Part shown: in pieces, positions 62,383 to 64,000 of the stretch
Layout of the letters: every line of letters begins with the position of its first letter
How positions within the stretch are numbered: the first letter of the stretch is position 1
Assembly: GCA_964645205.1 (NCBI GenBank)
Contig: CAZYBO010000004.1
Span: 177,623-241,622 of the forward strand
Length of the DNA: 64,000 bases
Direction of reading: 5' to 3'
Source: an uncultured Rickettsiales bacterium
GTDB taxonomy: Bacteria; Pseudomonadota; Alphaproteobacteria; Rickettsiales; SXRF01
Made by a program: the position numbers and the translations under genes
Notes under the pieces: generated by a model
The model's input: only the letters and a program-made list of their open reading frames with translations
Told to the model about the DNA's origin: nothing
The model's database searches: none

Positions 62383-64000
62383 TTACGCGGCGGAGGTGCG
62401 CCACTGCAACTGGCGCAGGCAGGCATCGACCCATTGCGCGGTCAGTTTTTCCTGTACGGAATTTTGTTTCAGCCGTTCGTTCAAATGTGGCCACGATACG
62501 CTGTCAAGCAATTGATCCTGATTGAAGCAGGAGTAGACATACGTCTCTTTGCCGGTAACCGGATCGACATGTTTCTGCAGGCATTGTGCGCAGATTTCCT
62601 TCATCATGCACTGCATCGGCGAGTTGATGCTGCCGATCGCCACGTGCAACGGGTTGAGCTGTGGCGCGAGCACGCCATGGCGCGCGGATGCCACCGCTGC
62701 CATCATGCGGTCGGAACCGATGGCAACGATACGCTGCACGGCAAACAACGGAATGGCGGGATCTTTTTCCCCATAGGCGCGGATGGCTTCTACGATATTG
62801 CCATGGAAGGAGCTGTCCTGCGGGCGGCGGGCGGGGAGTTTGGCCTCATCGCAGCACCACACGATTACATCGGCGGCCGCTTCAATATCGTCGATTTTAT
62901 AGCGGTCGGACGCTTTTTTATAGCCCGCGAAATAGAGCACTTTTGAGCCTTTTGCACGCAGCGCCTTGCCTATGGAAAACAGCACCGCGTTACCCAGTCC
63001 GCCGCCAGCAAGCAGCACGGTTTCGTTGGCATGGATTTCGGTGGGCATTCCCGTCGGCCCCATCAGAATCACCGGTTCATCCGGCTTCAAAAACGCGCAC
63101 AAATCCGATGATCCGCCCATTTCCAGCGCAATCACCGACACCAGTCCCTTTTTCTTATCCACCCATGCACCGGTCATAGCGAGACCTTCCATGGCTAAAG
63201 TCGTGCTGAGCGTTGAGCATTGAACTTTAGGTGCAAAGGCCTCGAAATTCTGCAAACGATAAAATTGCCCCGGCTGGAATGCTTGTGCAGCCAACGGCGC
63301 GTGCAGCACCACTTCCACGATGTTCGACGTCAGCCGGTTGACCGCATGCACCTTTGCGCGCAACTGCTGGTTAATGGATTGTAAAAACTCATGACCCGTG
63401 ACCCGTGCCCCATGTGCTCTCTTCGCCAACACTGCCGAAACCGCAGGGTATCCCTGCTTCGCGCTGCCCATCGCCTTCACTACATTGCCCGCGAATGACG
63501 GGTGCAGATCGCCGAAAAAGCTCACCGCGCGGCCTTCTTTGTCGATCGACATCAACACCTGCGGCACGGACGGTTTCGCGCTGCGCTCCGGTTTTACCGG
63601 GGTTCCGTTTTCATCAACGGCACGGAAATATTTTCCGTCGAGCGTGAAATGCTCGGGATCTTCGCGTTGCAACACGGTGTTGGGGTTGGTGCCGGCGGCA
63701 ATCAAAATCGTGCGCGCAGGCACGGTGACCGCCTCGTTTTCCGTCCCCGCTTTTTTCAGCACGATGGCTTTCGCATGGCCTCGCGCATCCACTTCAACCG
63801 CTTTCGGCTCATAAAGTTCGGCGAAGAAAATCCCCTCCTCCAGTGCTTTTTCCACTTCTTCATGGTTGAGTCGGTAGCTCGGCGCGTCGATCATGCGTTT
63901 GCGGTACACCAGCTTGACGCCCCCCCAGCTATCGAGCAGCGACCATACGTCCGGCTGCGGTTTTTTCTTTTCTTCGATAATCGCGCGGCCATGCGCGAGG
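62383..64000 (-). CDS. Large flavoprotein oxidoreductase, N-terminus outside the window: pyridine-nucleotide-disulfide-oxidoreductase-like part fused to a PyrK/FNR-like domain with a C-terminal Cys cluster
   Basis: The reading frame stays open to the window edge (I checked codons 63910-63999 and found no stop). The C-terminal half reads ...VNRLTSNIVEVVLHAPLAAQAFQPGQFYRLQNFE...LLAGGGLGNAVLFSIGKAL...CMMKEICAQCLQKHVDPVTGKETYVYSCFNQD, an FNR-like fold plus a 2Fe-2S-like motif as in PyrK/GltD-related proteins. Confidence 0.6.
   Translation of the reverse strand, partial: LAHGRAIIEEKKKPQPDVWSLLDSWGGVKLVYRKRMIDAPSYRLNHEEVEKALEEGIFFAELYEPKAVEVDARGHAKAIVLKKAGTENEAVTVPARTILIAAGTNPNTVLQREDPEHFTLDGKYFRAVDENGTPVKPERSAKPSVPQVLMSIDKEGRAVSFFGDLHPSFAGNVVKAMGSAKQGYPAVSAVLAKRAHGARVTGHEFLQSINQQLRAKVHAVNRLTSNIVEVVLHAPLAAQAFQPGQFYRLQNFEAFAPKVQCSTLSTTLAMEGLAMTGAWVDKKKGLVSVIALEMGGSSDLCAFLKPDEPVILMGPTGMPTEIHANETVLLAGGGLGNAVLFSIGKALRAKGSKVLYFAGYKKASDRYKIDDIEAAADVIVWCCDEAKLPARRPQDSSFHGNIVEAIRAYGEKDPAIPLFAVQRIVAIGSDRMMAAVASARHGVLAPQLNPLHVAIGSINSPMQCMMKEICAQCLQKHVDPVTGKETYVYSCFNQDQLLDSVSWPHLNERLKQNSVQEKLTAQWVDACLRQLQWRTSAA

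Noticed and set aside
1-64000. CRISPR arrays, rRNA operons, intact IS elements, transposases and prophage structural genes
   Set aside because: I found no regularly spaced short direct repeats, no rRNA-like sequence, and no transposase, capsid or tail-like ORFs in any frame.

Overview
This window looks like a high-GC bacterial chromosomal segment with an alphaproteobacterial gene repertoire. That assignment rests on gene content and synteny only. The supporting genes are the hisB-DUF2628-hisH...hisA-hisF-hisE operon, lptG/lptF divergent from pepA-holC, prfC, TrcR/DUF1013, NDUFA12, mlaD-DUF2155, pyrD, aroK-aroB, xerD, dnaG-rpoD, a ~1230-aa class II nrdJ, and PBP1A. About 80% of the window is tightly packed core metabolism and housekeeping. 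Many genes have 1-4 nt start/stop overlaps, and there are many long spurious antisense ORFs, as expected at this GC content. I found two tRNAs (Ser-UGA, Gly-CCC). I found no rRNA, no CRISPR array and no intact mobile element.

The parts not explained by ordinary housekeeping are:
1. A type IV filament system split over two loci. One locus is a perfect tandem duplication of an unusually large pilin gene (21.7-23.6 kb). The other (51-62 kb) holds a TPR gene with pilT and pilU, convergent with pilB-pilC, three non-canonical assembly genes and an orphan ABC ATPase. No secretin or prepilin peptidase is present in the window. This is my best candidate for an undescribed system.
2. A decayed AT-rich islet at tRNA-Ser, carrying a frameshifted and truncated integrase remnant plus a leaderless trypsin-like protease.
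3. Isolated conflict- or effector-like orphans: a caspase-like (clan CD) protein, a 467-aa protein with no recognisable family, and a 3TM GTA-type holin with no endolysin, next to tRNA-Gly.
4. A 366-bp nrdJ leader containing DnaA boxes and tandem NrdR-like boxes.
5. Two families of REP/MITE-like palindromic elements.
6. RpoD with a histone-H1-like Lys/Ala/Pro N-terminal extension.

All functional calls come from motif recognition by eye. No database search was run.
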